From NCBI GenBank assembly GCA_964019425.1, contig OZ025783.1, positions 1,550,001 through 1,614,000 of the forward strand: a stretch of DNA of 64,000 nt, given 5' to 3'. Position numbers and translations under genes: made by a program. The stretch comes from Flectonema sp. DT1601 (Eukaryota). The notes beneath the pieces were generated by a model. It was not told the DNA's origin, searched no databases, and worked only from the letters and a program-made list of their open reading frames with translations. Shown here in pieces: positions 59,773 to 64,000 of this stretch; position 1 is the first letter of the stretch; every line of letters starts with the position of its first letter.

Positions 59773-62700
59773 ATGCCGGCGATAACAGCATCAAAGCAGT
59801 CATCTATTACCACTAGTGGACAACGAGTAGTAACATGCAGTGGAGGGAAGGTTTGGTGTGAAGGTAACCGTGGTGTGTCGGTACAGTCTTTAAAGGCGGA
59901 AGGAGGTAAATTACAGCCATCAGGAAATATTCAAATGAAAACACCAGTACCTCAGGACATAGTAACAGCGATAGTCGTTAGCACTAAGAATCCTGAAAAG
60001 GGATATGTCGGTTGCCTCAGCGGTAGAATTACAGCATTCTCTCCAAGCTCAAAGACTGACCTATCTTGGGCAGCACACAGCTCTAAGGTTACAGGATTAC
60101 TTTTAATTGAGAAGGCTAGTAGGACTATGTTGTGGTCTTGTTCATCAGATGGATTTCTAAAAGCATGGGAAGGTAATGGTCGAGGTGTTAGTAAGTCTTC
60201 AGGTCACAGAGGGGAAGTTGTTGATCTTCAACATGTTCCTTTCTCAAGTGGTGGAGGTATCATCTGGTCGTGTGGTATCGATAAAACACTTCGAGTTTGG
60301 GACAAAGCAGGTAACGCTGCTGCTGGAGCTGGTTCATCTCGACGACCAACACAATTGAAATGCAGCGATCCCGTCAACAGCCTTTCTGTTGATTTCGATC
60401 AACAAGTTGTGTGGAGTGCTGATCGCAGTAATATTAGAGCGTGGAGTGCTGATACTCGAAACTGTGTTTGGTGTTCAAAAGGAGGAGGAACATCAATTTG
60501 TCTAACCGGAGACTACGTCATCGCTCTCATCGACGCTGGAGCCCACATCGCCGTATGGCAACGAGCGATTACTAATGAAGAAGGAGAGATACCTCCAATT
60601 ACGGTACTGTCTGGATATGGAACAACTAATAAATTAGTTTCAATGGTAAATGACCGAGTTCTATTATCAAATAGTCAGGGGATGACTTGTATTATTATTG
60701 AAAACGTTAAAGTTGATCCACAATCTGAGATTGTTGTTGAAAAAGAGACTGGTGAATCAGTAGGCGCCATATTCAAAGCCGACAGCGCTCTTGTCTTAGA
60801 ACGACTCGAGCCGGGTTCTGCAGCTGAACGGTGTGGAGGAGTTCGTTTCCTCGGATGGCAATTAGTAGCTGTTAACAGTATCCCAGTCACGTCTGTATCA
60901 GATGTACGAGCAGCAGTACGTCGTCAGACAACATTTACGATGCAATTTAAACAACAAGAGAGAAGTGAAGGTCTTGTTACTCCTGCTCTTCGACGAATAC
61001 CCAGCGCCACTGTTACTGTGAAACGACCAAGTGAACCTGTTGGAGGACTTTATAACACAACCACTGGTTATGCTGCTACTCCAGTTCAAGAGACTCATCA
61101 TCAACCATCTCCACGTAAGAAAGCTGAGAGGACAAGTACTGGTAAAACTAGGACTCGACCTGAAACTACTTCTGTCACTTCCCAATCAAGTAGAGAGCTA
61201 ATAGCAGTCGCTAGGAGAATAACATCTTCTGCTGCTTCTGAGCATGAGCTTCCTTCTATATTGGAACAGTTTATTCAGCAAAGGGACGCAGATTTCAACA
61301 AACAGTTGGAAGACCTGAGGGAGACCTTTACATTTCAATTAACAGAAAAAGATGGACAGATTGCGTCACTAGAAAAGCAACTGCAAGAACAGGGGAGTTC
61401 TCACTTAGGAGCGACAGTGAGATCAGCTGTTGAAGGTTCACTTGGGAAAATGGTACAAGAACTCAAACCAGTCATCGCGGAAACAGTAGAACCGATTCTT
61501 CAGCAAGTGTTAGAAGCCAGCCAACGAAGTAACATCGGTGTTCGAACTGAATCCGGTATTGCACCCAATATTCAGCAAATGAACAACACGACGACAACAA
61601 CAGCAACAGCAGCCTCCATCACTTCAACTGAGCCCTCACCTGAAACAGTTCTCTCAAGACTTTCTATTACAATTACTCGATGTTGTGATGCCCTTGGCTC
61701 TTTATATTCACTCAGTGGTTTTCCTGAATGGTGTCCTCCATCTTCTTTCATGTCGATCGATCTACTCGCTGAGTCACTTCTCAAATCGATGCACAACTTA
61801 CATTCTGAGGTGTGTAGGAAAGAAGGAGTAACCAACACACCAGATCTACAAGCTGTTCATCAGGCAGTTGGTCTCTTGACTAGTAGAATGATGAATGGAA
61901 ATGGTAGTAGTGTTAGTCCAGTACAGGTACAGCCTCAGGCACCTGTTAGTCCCATATCAGTTCTTACAGATCCACAACCTCAACTAAGAGGATCAACTCC
62001 TGCTACTCCTCCTCGTCCACGAAGACATTCTCATCGAGGTCAAGAAGATAAAATGATCGAATCTCACTACTCAGAAACAGATATTCGACACTCACCGTCT
62101 CCCTTAACACATGCTTCCCTTCCAATAGCAACTGATGAGGATGCGCAGTGGTCTCGACTCTTTGAAATGAGAAATCGACTTCAGCAGTGGCTGCAGTGGA
62201 AACCTCAACAACTTGCAGACAGAGGAGCGCAAGCAAAGAGAGCAGCTCTTGAAAGAGGAATTGAAGCAGTAGATCAGGCAACTGAGGAATGGAAATCATA
62301 TCACGCTGGTGAACGCTCTGAACACGAGAAAATATGGGAAGAAGTAAAAACTGGTTTGGGTGCCACATCACCTCATGGGAATTCAACTTCTGAATCTCTT
62401 CACAACGGATGGCAAAAACTTAAACAAGCGGAGGATGCTTTCACAACGACCCTCGAAAAACTGCGCCAACAATTCGGAGACACACACACCCTCGCAGCGT
62501 CATTGCGGAATAAAATAGGCGAAGTATGTATTCGTACTAGTTGGATGAACTAAACCTCTTAGGGATATAAAATAACAAACAAAAAACAGTTTCGTCAGTT
62601 TGTAGAAGACAGTACGGTCGCTTTAGATAGTGCAACAACAAAGGTATGCCATGTCACCCCCCCGCCTTGTTTACGAAGGTTGCACAAAAAAAAAAAAAAA

Positions 62701-63705
62701 AATGGAAAAAAAAGTATAATATTATGAATAACCAAATAATCAAAAATCACGAACAGTATTCAGAAACAGTTGAGGATGCAGACCTATACAAAGCTGTTAT
62801 AAAGTCAATTGGATTAGACAGATGGTGCAGATCAAGGCGTCACGTTGCATCATTAGAAAGTGCATGGCGACAACTACCATCTCTTGGGGATGATGGTGCT
62901 CTTGTAAGCACAGAAGCAAAAGCTGTTAGTAATCAATGGATAGTTCTTGAGACTAGACTTGTTGGTGATAAGGTTCCTACTAATGAATTAGGTGGTCACA
63001 TTGATTTTGTTTGGTCGGTACTTGAATTAGCAAAGGCTGCGACCTCACAACATGTCGACCCAGAGCTGGCATTCTCTGCAGTTGAAGAGGTGATGGGATC
63101 GTTGTTACCTCCTCATCAAAAAATGGTTTGTTTTTTTGTTATTTTTTTCTCTTTCTGGTAGTTGAGGAGACTAATTCCCACCCGAATTTAACAACAAACA
63201 GATTCCCAAACTACGAGAGGTCGACTCTGATGATGATACGATACTAGCCCTGGAGACTTTATGTGATGAGATAACAAGATTCTACAGTCTAGCATTACAG
63301 CCAATGTTAGAACACGATGGTAAGATGGTACTACGACAGGATGATATATCAGAAACACTTAGTCGAGTTGTAAAACAAGAATTAAAACTGAAATCACATC
63401 ACGTTCCGAGACATCAATTAGACGTCAGTCAGCTTTGTGGAGCCTTAGCAAAGGTCGCAGCACAAGAATTTAGTTCGGCAGCGTCTTCTCCATCTGCTCA
63501 TCAGGTAGATTCGTATTTAGCGAAGTCTTTGACGAAGGGAGGATCAATTGTTGTTTTAAATACGTTTTATAATCACGTAGCTCAGAACCTTCTTCGGCAA
63601 AACTTTCATCGGCATCCTCAATCGCAGCAGTATTCTCTTCACACCCCCCGTACTAGCTTGGAATCTTTATTTACGTTCTTCAGATCGCGTGTAACGAAGC
63701 AATGA
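59773..63705 (+). CDS. WD40 + PDZ-like + coiled-coil protein (exons 59773-62523, 62590-62643, 62757-63125, 63202-63705)
   Basis: AH...VTGL...LWSCSSDG.LKAW and GH...V.....IWSCGIDKTLRVWD; PGSAAERCG...LVAVN.IPV PDZ-like segment. Three phase-0 GT-AG introns link the 59563, 62646 and 63304 ORFs. Confidence 0.8.
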
Positions 63706-64000
63706 TTTTTGTAATTTGAAACATCAGTTTTCGCATCCTTCGGTCGAAACAAGAATACTTCATCAAACATCGGAAATACCAGTTTTTTATTTATTTTTTT
63801 CCCTTTTTATTTTTTTATTATCATCCAGACAATCTGAATGTAGTATTGTTCTCTTCGCAAATGAACAAAAAAAAAAAAAAAAAAAAAAAAAACGGAGAAC
63901 AAGGTTGTGCCTGTTATAAACAAAACAAGCTGCAATCAGTGAGATCTCATTGCTGCATATTCTTCCGTACTCGACAACACGTAGAATGTTGATAGTAGGC

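Overview
Eukaryotic nuclear DNA: AT-rich, with long poly-T/poly-A intergenic tracts and no prokaryotic features. About 24 supportable protein genes all lie on the + strand. Many are preceded by a pyrimidine tract ending in AG, and 12 short GT-AG introns can be reconstructed. This layout, plus a trypanosomatid-type kinesin-2 motor, suggests a euglenozoan, most likely a diplonemid-like protist with polycistronic transcription and trans-splicing (inference). Recognisable genes: tandem serine beta-lactamase-like hydrolase, alpha-tubulin, EF-hand/ankyrin protein with a probable dead ADP-ribosyltransferase-like domain, eIF4E, C2/pseudo-metacaspase/WW protein, Cys-less pentameric ligand-gated channel, a ~3450-aa Cys-rich secreted protein with 381-bp repeats, PB1 protein, ependymin-related protein, kinesin, RBBP4/MSI1, Ubl-ankyrin protein, GDPD, thioredoxin-like protein, CDH-like GMC oxidoreductase, Asterix and a WD40/PDZ-like protein. 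The most unusual element is a 2.2-kb non-coding array (37047-39213). It has ~28 monomers, each a conserved hairpin-forming core with compensatory changes plus a variable linker, arranged as three higher-order repeats. All family assignments come from motif recognition by eye, not database searches.
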